DNA of 64,000 nucleotides from an uncultured delta proteobacterium (GCA_963817385.1 CAWFOM010000001.1:192001-256000); one strand, 5' to 3'. Positions 18,076 through 28,487 are shown, counted from the first letter of the stretch. Numbers and translations: made by a program. Notes: generated by a model not told the origin, from the sequence alone.

Positions 18076-18768
18076 CTACTCTTTCGGCACCGGGACCTTC
18101 AGCGACCGGTAGTAGCTGTCGAAGGTGTAGATCGCGGCCAGCGGATTGTTCCCCAGGAGGCGGTCCTTGACGGCAAAGACCGTGCAGGGGGCCTCGGCGT
18201 ATTTCAGAAATAGGGAGTCGTGGCCCACGCAGAGGCCCATCATGACGTTGAACTCGGTCTTCTCCTCGTTGAAGAGATACGCCTGCGCGATGGGGTTGCA
18301 CATCGACTCGAAGCAGCCGATCTTGATCTTTTGATCGTCCCGGACCCCGATTGTCTCCTTCGGCACGCGGCCCATCTTGCAGAGCCCCGAGACGACCGTA
18401 AAGCCGTTCACGGCGAGGATCTTCTCCACCACTTTGGCCTCACTGCGGAGCCCCATGCAGAAGACGAGACCGATCTTTTCGTACTTCATCTTCCCGGCGA
18501 ACTCGACGATCTCGAGGATCCGGGGCTTCAGGGGCCGCGCCTGGGCGTAGCCGAGCTCCTTGTCCGTGTACCCCTCCCCCTCCTGGACCGACGCCTGCCG
18601 GGCAAATTCCAGGATCTCCGGCTTCTTCAGCTCTTCGAGCGCCCTGGCGATAACGGCCTCTCTATTCACCGTGGGGCAGAAGGGGGGCGCCTTTCCCTCT
18701 TCGTTCTGGCAGATCCGCCCCTGCGGTTCAAACGGGCAGCGCGCGCACCCGGGTAGCTCTTGATCCAT
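18076..18768 (-). CDS. DUF1847-like Cys-rich protein
   Basis: GLVFCMGL..EA, CKMG, MCNPIAQA, GLCVGHD and KDR motifs. Confidence 0.88.
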   Translation of the reverse strand: MDQELPGCARCPFEPQGRICQNEEGKAPPFCPTVNREAVIARALEELKKPEILEFARQASVQEGEGYTDKELGYAQARPLKPRILEIVEFAGKMKYEKIGLVFCMGLRSEAKVVEKILAVNGFTVVSGLCKMGRVPKETIGVRDDQKIKIGCFESMCNPIAQAYLFNEEKTEFNVMMGLCVGHDSLFLKYAEAPCTVFAVKDRLLGNNPLAAIYTFDSYYRSLKVPVPKE

Positions 18769-18856
18769 ATCCTTCCTCCTTGTTCGACGCCTCAAGACCG
18801 ATTGACAACGGAACTGTCAGGCCCTTACGGCGGAAGTTGAAATCGTTTCTACTTCA

Positions 18857-19810
18857 TTAAGCCGCGAACGTGAGCCGCGTCCCCGCCATGTTGAGGAGGA
18901 AGCTCTCGGGCATCGCAGCTTCGATCTGCTGGATCGACTTGCGCCCTGTGCAGTGGGTGGGGACGATATACCGGGGAGCGAACTTCCTGAGTTCCTCCAC
19001 CGTCCGGGCGACAAGGGGATCGGTGGGCGCAACGTTGATATGAAAGCCCCCCATGATGACATGAACGGTTTCGATCCCGGTCACCTCGCGGGCCCGGGTA
19101 ACGGTGTTGATGATCCCCGAATGGGCGCAACCGGACAGGACGATGAGCCCCTTCCCTCTGAGGTTCATGACGAGCGAGGTGTCGTCGTCGATAATATCCT
19201 TCTTCTCGACGCCCCCTTCCTCATAAAAAGCGTTGGGGAGGCCTGTTTCGAACGGTGTGCGGCGCGGTATCTCCCCCAGAAAGAGGACATCCCCGCCGAG
19301 CATCGGCCGGGGCTCTTTCGCCTCCACGACCTTCACTCCCGCCGCTGCCGCCATCTCCCGGGTGAACGGGGGGTGGTGGGATTTGGACTTCCCCCCGTCG
19401 AATTTGACGTACCGGGGGGCCTTGAAGGCCGCCGGATGGACGACAAGCTCGATGCCGGGCCTCCCGATCAAACCGACCAGCTCCCGGAACCCTCCCATGT
19501 GGTCGCCGTGGCTGTGGGAGAGGGCGATCGCCTCGATCTCCCTCATCGGCACGCCCAGGGTCCTGGCGTTGAATGCCGCCCCGATCTCGGAGAATCCGAA
19601 ATCGAAGAGCATCGTCCGCGTCCTGCCGCCCGCGGTCGTCCTGATCACCGCCGAGAATCCGTGCTCCGCGAGGACCGATTTCCTGGTTTCCCCGGCGACT
19701 CGCGCCCCGGCGCGGCCGATCATTTCGCTGTTGTCCGTCGCCGTCATGTCGATGTAGTTATCCTGGAGGGTGAGAATCTCCACCCGGTCGAGCTCGTTCA
19801 TCGTTGCCAT
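18857..19810 (-). CDS. MBL-fold metallo-hydrolase
   Basis: AEHGFS, LSHSHGDHMGG, SGCAHSG, GGFH and PTHCTG motifs. Confidence 0.9.
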   Translation of the reverse strand: MATMNELDRVEILTLQDNYIDMTATDNSEMIGRAGARVAGETRKSVLAEHGFSAVIRTTAGGRTRTMLFDFGFSEIGAAFNARTLGVPMREIEAIALSHSHGDHMGGFRELVGLIGRPGIELVVHPAAFKAPRYVKFDGGKSKSHHPPFTREMAAAAGVKVVEAKEPRPMLGGDVLFLGEIPRRTPFETGLPNAFYEEGGVEKKDIIDDDTSLVMNLRGKGLIVLSGCAHSGIINTVTRAREVTGIETVHVIMGGFHINVAPTDPLVARTVEELRKFAPRYIVPTHCTGRKSIQQIEAAMPESFLLNMAGTRLTFAA

Positions 19811-19894
19811 GGTCGGCCTCCTTAACATATCGTTCCTTCATGTGTGAAACAATGAAGATGGGACGGTTTCGTCGCATCGTCGGCACTGCTTTGT

Positions 19895-20395
19895 TCATGC
19901 CTTTCGGGGGAGAAACCTCTCCGCGATGAGATCCGCAAGCCCGCCCGCATCGTTCCAGTCATACCAGGGCACATCCGCGGTGACCGGTCGATCCCCGGCG
20001 AGGGCGATGAGATTGTCGTCGGGGCCGCAGAGGCGCTCCCTCCGGAGTTCCGTCCGGAAGACCTCGATCTTGGGGTGGGGATTGAACTTGTATCCCTCGG
20101 CGAGGATGATGTCCGCGTCCTTGATGTATCGGTCCCGTATCTCGGCGAGGTCATAATCCCTCGGGGTATCCTCAATCACCGCGATCCGGCCGGGCGAGGC
20201 GATGACCGTGGCGACGGCGCCGGCCCGCTTGTGACGCCAACTGTCCTTCCCCTCGTGATCGATCTCGAACCCGTGGCGGTTGTGTTTGATCGTCGCCACG
20301 CGGATGCCGCGGCGCGTCAGCTCGGCAATGAGCTTCTCGATGAGGGTCGTCTTTCCCGAATCGGATTCGCCGACAATGGAAACGATGGGTATCAT
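19895..20395 (-). CDS. mobB: Molybdopterin-guanine dinucleotide biosynthesis protein B
   Basis: IVGESDSGKTTLIEKL, IKH, GKDSWRH and EGYK motifs. Confidence 0.93.
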   Translation of the reverse strand: MIPIVSIVGESDSGKTTLIEKLIAELTRRGIRVATIKHNRHGFEIDHEGKDSWRHKRAGAVATVIASPGRIAVIEDTPRDYDLAEIRDRYIKDADIILAEGYKFNPHPKIEVFRTELRRERLCGPDDNLIALAGDRPVTADVPWYDWNDAGGLADLIAERFLPRKA

Positions 20396-20603
20396 GGGGC
20401 AATCATAGCCCATCGCAGGGGGATTGACCATAGAAATTTCGGTTCTGTATCCGGTCGAGGCGGGGGATTCCTGGATCCACCGGGGGTGATCCGGGATCGG
20501 AAAGGACGCCCAAGACAGCAGGGCCGGACCAACCGGCCCGGCCCTGCGCATCGACCGATGCCCCGTGACAGGGGCAGCGTTTACACAATTGAACCAACTG
20601 ACG

Positions 20604-21752
20604 CTACCGGATGATCCCCATTCCTGCCAGGACCGAGAGCATAACCGCAGCGGCGACGACCGAGCCGATCTGTCCTCCGGCATTGGCGCCCATCGCGTGC
20701 ATGAGCAGGTAGCTCTTCTTGTTCCATTTCTGGCCTTCGCGCTGGACGACGCGCGCCGCCATCGGGAAGGCGGAGATCCCGGCCGCACCAATCAGGGGAT
20801 TGACCTTCCCGCCGGTAACGATCCGCATGACCTTGCCGAGACAGACGCCGCAGACCGTGTCGAGGCAGATGGCCACGAACCCGAGGCAGAGGATGATCAG
20901 GGTCTCGGCCCTGACAAAGGCGCTCCCCACCATCGTGGCGCCGATGCAGAGGCCCAGGAAGAGCGTGACGACGTTGGCGATCTCATTCTCGGAGGCCTTC
21001 GTCAGCCGTGCCACCACGCCGGATTCCCGCATCAGGTTTCCCAGCATGATCGTTCCGAGGAGCGGGAGGCCCTTCGGGGCGATGAGGCCGCCGAGGATCG
21101 TGATGACCAGGGGGAAGAGCATCTTCGTCGTCTTGGAGACCGGCTTGGCCACGGCCTTCATGACGGTCATGCGCTCCTTCTTCGTCGTCAGCAGCCTCAT
21201 GATCGGCGGCTGGATGATCGGCACCAGCGACATGTAGGAATAGGCCGCAACCGACACGGCACCGAGAAGGTGCGGGGCGAACTTCGAGGTGACATAGATG
21301 GCCGTCGGCCCGTCGCAGGCCCCGATGATCCCGATGGAGACTGCGTCGAGCTGGGGAAAACCGAGCGCCAAAGCCAAGAGCAGCGTGAGGAAGATCCCGA
21401 ACTGGCCCGCCGCGCCCAGGAGGAAGGTCGACGGCTGTGCAAGGACCGGCCCGAAGTCGGTCATCGCACCGATGCCGATGAAGATCAGGAGTGGAAAGAG
21501 CTCCGTCGTGATCCCGGCGTCATAGATTGCCCGGATGAACCCCTCCTGCGCCATCACATCCGAAAGGGGGATATTGACCAGGATGCACCCGAAGCCGATC
21601 GGCACCAGAAGGAGCGGCTCGCAGTCCTTCTTGATCCCGAGGTAGAGGAGGACGAAACCCACGATAAGCATGATGCCGTTGCGCCAGTCGCCCGCCAGCA
21701 TCTGAAATCCGACGGTGAGACCGCTGAGGCCGTTAATAATTGCGTCTGCCAT
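20604..21752 (-). CDS. Na+-translocating decarboxylase beta subunit (OadB/MmdB/GcdB family)
   Basis: EPLLLVPIGFG, GIIGACDGPT, AAYSYMSLVP and HAMGAN motifs. Confidence 0.95.
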   Translation of the reverse strand: MADAIINGLSGLTVGFQMLAGDWRNGIMLIVGFVLLYLGIKKDCEPLLLVPIGFGCILVNIPLSDVMAQEGFIRAIYDAGITTELFPLLIFIGIGAMTDFGPVLAQPSTFLLGAAGQFGIFLTLLLALALGFPQLDAVSIGIIGACDGPTAIYVTSKFAPHLLGAVSVAAYSYMSLVPIIQPPIMRLLTTKKERMTVMKAVAKPVSKTTKMLFPLVITILGGLIAPKGLPLLGTIMLGNLMRESGVVARLTKASENEIANVVTLFLGLCIGATMVGSAFVRAETLIILCLGFVAICLDTVCGVCLGKVMRIVTGGKVNPLIGAAGISAFPMAARVVQREGQKWNKKSYLLMHAMGANAGGQIGSVVAAAVMLSVLAGMGIIR

Positions 21753-21755
21753 GGT

Positions 21756-21893
21756 CTACGCCTCCTTCTTTTCCGGCTTTTCGGGGAACAGTTTCCCCAA
21801 AAGGCCCATTACGAGGCTCATGATCCACAGGGTCAGGATCGTCCCCCCCATCCCGCAGATCAGCATCGTCATGCCGAATGTAAAATTATCCAT
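21756..21893 (-). CDS. Small single-TM OadG/MmdD-like decarboxylase subunit (45 aa, below ORF-track cutoff)
   Basis: MDNFTFGMTMLICGMGGTILTLWIMSLVMGLLGKLFPEKPEKKEA; GGAGG RBS; directly upstream of the beta subunit. Confidence 0.8.
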   Translation of the reverse strand: MDNFTFGMTMLICGMGGTILTLWIMSLVMGLLGKLFPEKPEKKEA

Positions 21894-22075
21894 GCAACAT
21901 ACCTCCATTCTGGACCGTCCGCATTCCCGCCGACGGACCGCTTAAAAAGACGATTACTTCCTGAAACAACAAACCGTTGGAACGCGTTTCCTTAAACCGC
22001 AACCCGCCCCCGGTGTCAAGTGAAAAATGGTTATGGCGCCCCTGGCCGCAGATGCGCTATTTTCAGCGCCGTATT

Positions 22076-22107
22076 GAGGACCTCCGCGGCAAGCTGCGGA
22101 GAATCCT
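22076..22107. repeat. REP-like palindrome copy A
   Basis: CTCCGCGGC-AA-GCTGCGGAG. Confidence 0.75.
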
Positions 22108-23603
22108 TACGAGCCGCTTTCCTTCATGCTGCCGGTTCGTTTGAGACGCAGATGAAATGAATTCGATTCTTCAAACAGAACGGGGATATGTCCGGGCTCC
22201 TTTTCGGCCCTGGCCAGGTAGTCCGACAACATCTCCCGGAAATCGGGATGCGCGCACCGGCCGATGATCGTCTCCGCTTTCTCCCGGGGATCCAGGCCTC
22301 GCAGATCGGCCAGCCCCTGCTCCGTCACCAGGATATCCACATCATGTTCCGTATGATCGACATGAGAGACCATGGGCACGATGGCGGAAATCTTGCCACC
22401 CCGGGCCATTGACGGTCCGACGAAGATCGAGTAAAGCCCATTCCGGGAAAAATCATAGGACCCGGCAATGCCGGTCAGGACCTTCGCTCCCATCACGTGG
22501 CTTGAGTTCACCTGCCCCTGGATATCCATCTCCAGACAACCGTTAATCCCAATTACTCCAAATCGCTGAATGATTTCCGGTGAATTACAGATCGTGACGG
22601 GGCGCAGCACCATGCATCTTTTATAGCGATCAAGGTCCGCCTTGAATTTCTCCCACGCTTCCGGCGTGAGCCTGAGGGCCGTCCCGGACACCCAGTCGAC
22701 CTTATCCATATCGATAATCTCGATCACCGGATCCGTGATGACGGGCATGTGAAAACGAAAATTCGTAAAGTCACTCGCGCCGAGCTTCCGCAAAACATTG
22801 CTGACAACACCCCCCACGCCGACCTCGATCGGCGGCAGGGGTTCGCTCAACCGTCCGGCGGCAATCTCCTGCCGGAAAAAGTCGACGAGATGTTGGCCGA
22901 TCAGGTCTCCCATGGCATCCGGCTTGGCTTCACCGGACGTCTTTTCGCCCCGATCGGACAGAACAATCCCTTTGATCTTTTTCGGATCTACCGAAAAATA
23001 GGGTACGCCGATCCTTTTGAGCGGATCGCCGGCAAGCGGAATCGGGTCGCTTCCCTTCTGATACACATCGTGCAACCCCTCGAGCGCCAGCGGGCGGTTG
23101 AGGTTGATCTCGACGATCACGTGAGCGGCGGCATCGATCCACTCGGGCGAATCGTAGACCGCGGTCGAAGGGATGATATTGCCTTCCCGGGTCAGCCCTA
23201 TCGCTTCAATGACAGCCATATCGACGGGTCCGAACCACCCCCGCTTCACCTGCAGCGGCAGCTGGCCGCCCTTGCCTTCGATGAATCTTACCTCTCCCCG
23301 ATTGATCGCCGCCCTGAGCTTCTCTCCCCCGATCGCGCCTATCCTCGTCCGGATCCCCCCCACATCGGCCAGGACATCATCAACTTCAGAACTCAGCGGT
23401 CCGGCGCACAACAGATCGATCCTGATCCCGCCTTGCTTTTTGATCCGCTCCGACAGGGCCAGAAACGTGGCTTTGGGGTAGCCCATGGTACTTCCCGAGG
23501 TAGCAACCAGCATCCCATCCCGGAAAAGCAAGGCCGCCTCATCGGCTGTCATGATCTTCGCGAGGGATGCCTTATGTTTGATCCGGGCTTCAATTCCCTC
23601 CAA
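22107..23603 (-). CDS. Acetyl-CoA hydrolase / succinate CoA-transferase family
   Basis: SNSPEII-like, GQVNSSHV.G, SAIVPMVSHVDHTEHDVD and EQGLADLRGL motifs. Confidence 0.9.
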   Translation of the reverse strand: MEGIEARIKHKASLAKIMTADEAALLFRDGMLVATSGSTMGYPKATFLALSERIKKQGGIRIDLLCAGPLSSEVDDVLADVGGIRTRIGAIGGEKLRAAINRGEVRFIEGKGGQLPLQVKRGWFGPVDMAVIEAIGLTREGNIIPSTAVYDSPEWIDAAAHVIVEINLNRPLALEGLHDVYQKGSDPIPLAGDPLKRIGVPYFSVDPKKIKGIVLSDRGEKTSGEAKPDAMGDLIGQHLVDFFRQEIAAGRLSEPLPPIEVGVGGVVSNVLRKLGASDFTNFRFHMPVITDPVIEIIDMDKVDWVSGTALRLTPEAWEKFKADLDRYKRCMVLRPVTICNSPEIIQRFGVIGINGCLEMDIQGQVNSSHVMGAKVLTGIAGSYDFSRNGLYSIFVGPSMARGGKISAIVPMVSHVDHTEHDVDILVTEQGLADLRGLDPREKAETIIGRCAHPDFREMLSDYLARAEKEPGHIPVLFEESNSFHLRLKRTGSMKESGS

Positions 23604-23606
23604 TGA

Positions 23607-24014
23607 TCATGCCCCCTGTTTAACGTTCTGTTTGATGAATGCGGAAATTTCCTCAAGCTTTGCGTGGGAGGGAAAAACCCCCTGAACGCCGATCCCCTTG
23701 AGCGTAGCGATGTCATCCTTCGGTATGGTCCCCCCGAAGAGCACCAGGACGTCGTCGAGCGACCGCTCGCCGATCCGCTTGATCAGCTTCCGGGCGATGG
23801 AGACGTGCGAGCCCGAAAGGATGCTGACCCCGATCACATCCACCGCCTCCTGGATAGCCACCTCGACAACCTGCTCCACGCTCTGGCGCAAGCCGGTATA
23901 AATAACTTCCATTCCCTGGTCCCTCAGCCAGAAGATCAGCACCTTGGCGCCGACGTCATGTCCGTCCAGGCCGATCTTGGCAATCAGTACACGAATGGTC
24001 TTCTTCGCTTCCAT
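23607..24014 (-). CDS. Acyl-CoA mutase cobalamin-binding subunit
   Basis: AKIGLDGHDVG (DxHxxG), SILSGSH and GG motifs. Confidence 0.93.
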   Translation of the reverse strand: MEAKKTIRVLIAKIGLDGHDVGAKVLIFWLRDQGMEVIYTGLRQSVEQVVEVAIQEAVDVIGVSILSGSHVSIARKLIKRIGERSLDDVLVLFGGTIPKDDIATLKGIGVQGVFPSHAKLEEISAFIKQNVKQGA

Positions 24015-24035
24015 GAAAACCTCCTGAGATTAAAC

Positions 24036-25664
24036 CTAAACGGTGGTCGGTTCCTTGAACGTCCCGTACACCTTCTTCAGGGTATCGATGATCTCCCCCA
24101 CCGTCGCCTTCGCCGTGAGCGGCTCAAACAGATAGGGGATGATGTTCTCCCCGCGGCGCGCCGCCGCCTCCAACTGCTGCAAAGCCCCGGCGACCTTCCC
24201 CTGGTCGCGGCTCTCCTTGACCGCCTTGAGCCGCTGCAGTTGACGGTTGATGGTTTCCGGATCCGTCTTGTAGATCTCCAGATCCCGTTCCTCCTCCTTC
24301 ACCTTGAACTTATTCACTCCGACCAGGACCTTTTCGCCGGAGCTGATCTTCTTCTGGATCGTGTAGCTCTGTCTGGCCAGATCGCGTTGAATCGTGCCCT
24401 GCTCGATCATCTTGACGATCCCGCCGTTTTTTTCGATATCGGCGATGGTTTCGGTGATCTTCGCCTCCATCTCGTCGGTCAGCGCCTCCACGTAGTAGGA
24501 ACCGCCCAGGGGATCTACCACGTCCGCCACCCCCGTCTCGTAGGCCAGGATCTGCTGCACCCTGAGCGAGGTCCGGATCGCGAGGTCCGACGGAATCGCA
24601 TACACCTCGTCGAAGCAGGCCAGGTTCAGCGACCGCGTCCCCGAAAAGATCGCCGCCATGGCATAGATGGTCTCCCGGGCGATGTTGTTGAGCGGCTGCT
24701 CGGCCGTCAGACCTCCACCCATCCCCCCGGTGGAGAACCTAAACTGGAGCGATCGCAAATCCTTCGCGCCGTACTTCTCCTTCATGAGCCTCGCCCAGTA
24801 CCGCCGCGCCGCCCGCAGCCGGCAGATGTCCTCAAAGAAGTTGAAATCGCGTCCGCCGATCGGCAGATGGAACGAGAAGAGCGGGGCGATCTCGTCGATG
24901 TTCGACCCCCGCTTGAGGACCTCGCGGATATAGACCTCGGCGATCGAGATCGCCAGGGCGACCGACTGCATCGTGTTCGCCCCGTATTCCATGATGTGCG
25001 TCCCGGAGACGCTGATCGCGTTGAACCGCGGGATCTCCTTGTTGCAGTACTCCACCAGATCGCCCACGAGCTTGATCGACGGTTCCGGCGGGAAGATCCA
25101 GGTCCCCCGGGCGATGTACTCTTTCAAAATGTCGTTCTGAATCGTCCCCCGCAGCTTTTTGGGCTCCACCCCCTGCTTCTTCGCCACCAGGACATACATC
25201 GCCAGGATGATCGGCGCCGTGGCGTTGATCGTAAACGACGTCGAGATCTGATCCAGGGCGATGCCGTCGAAGACCCGCTCGAAATCCTCCAGGGAATCGA
25301 CGGCGACCCCCAGTTTGCCGACATCGTCCTCCGCAAGCGGCATGTCCGAATCCAGGCCGATCTGCGTCGGCAGATCGAAGGCGAGGCTCAAACCGGTCTG
25401 GCCGTTTTTCAGGAGATACTTGAACCGCTCGTTGGTGCTCTCCGGGGTCGACTGACCCGAATACTGCCGCATCGTCCAGAGGGCGCTCCGGTACATCGTC
25501 GGGTAAACGCCCCGGGTGAAGGGATATTCACCGGGGTCATTGAGCTTCTCGGCATAATCGAAGTCCGGAAGATCCTCCGGCCCGTAAAAACACTTCACCG
25601 GGGTGCCCAATATCGAAACGACCGGCCGCACCTCCGTTTCACCCGTTTTCTTTCCCATGGTCAT
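24036..25664 (-). CDS. Methylmalonyl-CoA mutase-family substrate-binding subunit (atypical)
   Basis: PGEYPFTRG, WTMRQY, GLSLAFDLPT, QNDILKEY.AR and DPLGGSYYVE motifs. Confidence 0.93.
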   Translation of the reverse strand: MTMGKKTGETEVRPVVSILGTPVKCFYGPEDLPDFDYAEKLNDPGEYPFTRGVYPTMYRSALWTMRQYSGQSTPESTNERFKYLLKNGQTGLSLAFDLPTQIGLDSDMPLAEDDVGKLGVAVDSLEDFERVFDGIALDQISTSFTINATAPIILAMYVLVAKKQGVEPKKLRGTIQNDILKEYIARGTWIFPPEPSIKLVGDLVEYCNKEIPRFNAISVSGTHIMEYGANTMQSVALAISIAEVYIREVLKRGSNIDEIAPLFSFHLPIGGRDFNFFEDICRLRAARRYWARLMKEKYGAKDLRSLQFRFSTGGMGGGLTAEQPLNNIARETIYAMAAIFSGTRSLNLACFDEVYAIPSDLAIRTSLRVQQILAYETGVADVVDPLGGSYYVEALTDEMEAKITETIADIEKNGGIVKMIEQGTIQRDLARQSYTIQKKISSGEKVLVGVNKFKVKEEERDLEIYKTDPETINRQLQRLKAVKESRDQGKVAGALQQLEAAARRGENIIPYLFEPLTAKATVGEIIDTLKKVYGTFKEPTTV

Positions 25665-25685
25665 CCTCCTTGCTCATGCCACCTA

Positions 25686-25719
25686 TTGAAGCTCTCCGCA
25701 GCAGGCTGCGGAGAACTTC
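25686..25719. repeat. REP-like palindrome copy B
   Basis: GAAGCTCTCCGCAGC-AG-GCTGCGGAGAACTTC. Confidence 0.8.
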
Positions 25720-25746
25720 GATCCTTACGCGGAACAAATCATTTTT

Positions 25747-26165
25747 TTACTCGCTGACGGATTCAGCGCCGATCTCCATCAGTTCGATCAAAACGCCGTT
25801 GGTGCTCTTCGGATTCAGGAAGGCGATGAGCCGGCCGTCCTGTGTTCTTCGCGGTTTCTGATCGAGAAGCTCGATCCCCTTCGCCGCGAAATCGCTCAGC
25901 GCCGCTTCCACATTCTCAACGCCGAGGCAGATGTGGTGGATCCCTTCCCCCCGCTTCTGGATGAATTTAGCCGCCGGGCTCGCCGGATTCATCGGCTCGA
26001 TCAGTTCGATGGTAGAGTCCCCCAGCGGGAAGAAGGCGATCTTGGTTTTGATCGCTTCCGATTCGTACACCTTCTCCAGCGGGATCCCCAGGAGATCTCG
26101 AACAGGTGAACGGACTTTTCAATGTCCTGGACAGCCACGCCGATATGCTCGATCTTCTTGATCAT
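25747..26165 (-). CDS. mce: Methylmalonyl-CoA epimerase (VOC family), frameshift near 26105
   Basis: MIKKIEHIGVAV start; IELIEP, GEGIHHICL and FLNPKSTNGVLIEL motifs. Confidence 0.88.
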
Positions 26166-26176
26166 ATTCTTCTCCC

Positions 26177-27715
26177 TTACAACGGAATCGACCCGTGTCT
26201 CTTGCCGGGCCTGAGCTCGACCTTCCCTTTGAGCCGCTCAAACGCCTGAATCAGGGTGGAGCGCATCGCCTTCGGTTCGATGATGGCGTCGATCCATCCC
26301 TCTTCGGCAGCTACATAGGGATTGGCAAACTTCTGCCGGTATTCATTCACCTTCTGGATCCTCATCGCTTTCGGATCCTCGGCCCGGGCGATCTCGTCCT
26401 TGAAGATCACGTTGGCGGCCGCTTCGGGCCCCATGATGGCGATCTCCGCCGTCGTCAGCGCGATCGTAAAATCCGTGCCTACCAATTTCGAAACCGCCAT
26501 GCCCGACATCGCGCCGCCGTATATTTTTCTCACGATGACTGAAATCCGAGGCACAACGGCCTCACAATAGGCGTAGAGCGTCTTCGCGCCATGCCTGATG
26601 ATGCCGCCGTATTCCTGCTGTTTTCCCGGAAGATACCCCGGACAATCTACAAGATTCAGGATCGGGATATTGAATGCGTCACAAAACCGGATGAACCGGG
26701 CCGATTTATCCGAGGCGTCGATATCGAGACAGCCGGCGCTGACTATCGGCTGGTTGGCGATCACGCCGACGGTGCCGCCGCCCAGTCTGATAAATCCGAT
26801 GATGATGTTCTTGGCGTAATCTTCCTGGATTTCAAAAAAATCGTTCTGATCCGCCACGAGACGGATGATCCGTTTCATGTCGTACGCCCGTTGCGGATTA
26901 TCCGGGATGATCTCCTCGATCTCTTCCGTCAGCCGATCGGCGGCGTCGGAGGATGACACCCGGGGAGCCTCTCCCCGGTAGTTTGCCGGAAGGAAACTCA
27001 GCAGCTTCTTGACCATCTCAAAACATTTTTCTTCGCTTTCCGCAACCAGATGGGCAACGCCGCTTTTTTTACTGTGGACTTTTGCGCCGCCTAGCTCCTC
27101 GGCCGTCACCTCTTCTCCGGTCACCGCCTTGATGACGTTCGGGCCGGTAATGTGCATCTTGCTGATCCCTTCCACCATGAAGACAAAATCACACAAGGCG
27201 GGCGAATAGACGGCCCCGCCCGCGCAGGGACCCAGTATCAACGCCAGTTGAGGAACGATGCCGGATGCCAGGGTATTCCGGAAGAAGATGGAGCCATACT
27301 GGCCCAAACCTTCCTGAATCCGGGCGCCGCCGGAATCGATCAGCCCGATGATGGGGGCGCCGACCTTGATCGCCAGGTCCATCACATGGCATATCTTGCT
27401 GGCGTGCGCCTTCCCGAGCGATCCGCCCATGACGGTAAAGTCCTGCGAATAGAGATACACCTGCCGGCCGTGGATTGTTCCCGAGCCGACGACCACGCCG
27501 TCGCCGTAGTACTTCTCCTTATCCATTCCGAACTTGGTCGTCTGATGGGTAACGAACATCTCCAGCTCGATGAAGCTCCCCGGATCCACCAGCGCATCGA
27601 TCCGCTCCCGGGCGCTGAGCTTGCCGCGCTCGTGCTGCTTGTCGATCTGTTTCTGACCGCCCCCGAGGCGCGCGAGCTCTTCCTTTGCTCTCAATTCCTC
27701 ATTTTTCTCTTTCAC
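26177..27715 (-). CDS. Acyl-CoA carboxyltransferase (PccB/MmdA family)
   Basis: GKLSARERI, QDFTVMGGS, GGARIQEG, GPCAGGAVYSPA and GGIIRHGAK motifs. Confidence 0.95.
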   Translation of the reverse strand: MKEKNEELRAKEELARLGGGQKQIDKQHERGKLSARERIDALVDPGSFIELEMFVTHQTTKFGMDKEKYYGDGVVVGSGTIHGRQVYLYSQDFTVMGGSLGKAHASKICHVMDLAIKVGAPIIGLIDSGGARIQEGLGQYGSIFFRNTLASGIVPQLALILGPCAGGAVYSPALCDFVFMVEGISKMHITGPNVIKAVTGEEVTAEELGGAKVHSKKSGVAHLVAESEEKCFEMVKKLLSFLPANYRGEAPRVSSSDAADRLTEEIEEIIPDNPQRAYDMKRIIRLVADQNDFFEIQEDYAKNIIIGFIRLGGGTVGVIANQPIVSAGCLDIDASDKSARFIRFCDAFNIPILNLVDCPGYLPGKQQEYGGIIRHGAKTLYAYCEAVVPRISVIVRKIYGGAMSGMAVSKLVGTDFTIALTTAEIAIMGPEAAANVIFKDEIARAEDPKAMRIQKVNEYRQKFANPYVAAEEGWIDAIIEPKAMRSTLIQAFERLKGKVELRPGKRHGSIPL

Positions 27716-27815
27716 GATTCACATCTCCCCTCTTGTTTTTGCCGGGAAAAGCAACCCGATCGAGGGCATTTTTTCAAATATCCTCATCTGCCACCCTTCA
27801 CGCCCGCCGCGACCA

Positions 27816-28487
27816 CTACTTCTTGGGCTTCTTTTTGGCGATGATCGCCTTGATCTCATCCACCGGGGCGCACGTCGCGATGGCCTTCTCCATCCCTTCC
27901 TCGACTTCGAAGATGATCTTCAGCTTCTCCAGGAGCACGCCGAGGGCTTCTCCGGGAATACAGACCACGCCGTCCTCGTCGGCGATGATGATATCGCCCG
28001 GTCTGATCGCCACCCCGGCCACTTCGATCGGCACATTGTACCCGACGATCTGGATGTCCGAGGGCTTGTCCACGGTCGCCGAGCCGGTGCAATACAGGGG
28101 CATGCCCATCGCCCGGTAGCCGGCGATGTCCCGCGACCCGCCGTAGACCACCATGCCCGCCAATCCCTGACGCTTCGCGCACTCTCCCTGGTTGTCACCC
28201 GTGAAATGGACATCCATTCCCTTGCCGTCGATCACCAGAACGCTCCCCGCGGGGGTCTCGCGAATGGTCTGATACATGGTCAATTTGGGGCTGTCGGGAC
28301 GCGGCGCGCCGAAGAGGACCGTGGCGACCCTCCCGACAACCTTGTAATCTTCGGATCCGCGGGCGGGCCGAACCCCTTTGATGCCTCCGTTGAGTCCGGC
28401 CAGGGCAAGGGCGTCGTTGACCATGCCGGTGTTGGCCTTTTTCAGCGCTTCAGCAGCTTCCTTCGGGATTGATACGAAATCTGTCAT
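27816..28487 (-). CDS. RraA / HMG-CHA aldolase family
   Basis: VNDAL, TGD, YGGSRD and PGDIIIADEDGVV motifs. Confidence 0.9.
   Translation of the reverse strand: MTDFVSIPKEAAEALKKANTGMVNDALALAGLNGGIKGVRPARGSEDYKVVGRVATVLFGAPRPDSPKLTMYQTIRETPAGSVLVIDGKGMDVHFTGDNQGECAKRQGLAGMVVYGGSRDIAGYRAMGMPLYCTGSATVDKPSDIQIVGYNVPIEVAGVAIRPGDIIIADEDGVVCIPGEALGVLLEKLKIIFEVEEGMEKAIATCAPVDEIKAIIAKKKPKK

Noticed and set aside
20396..20791. N-terminal extension of mobB
   Set aside because: Overlaps the decarboxylase beta gene and intergenic hairpins; homology starts at MIPIVSIVG
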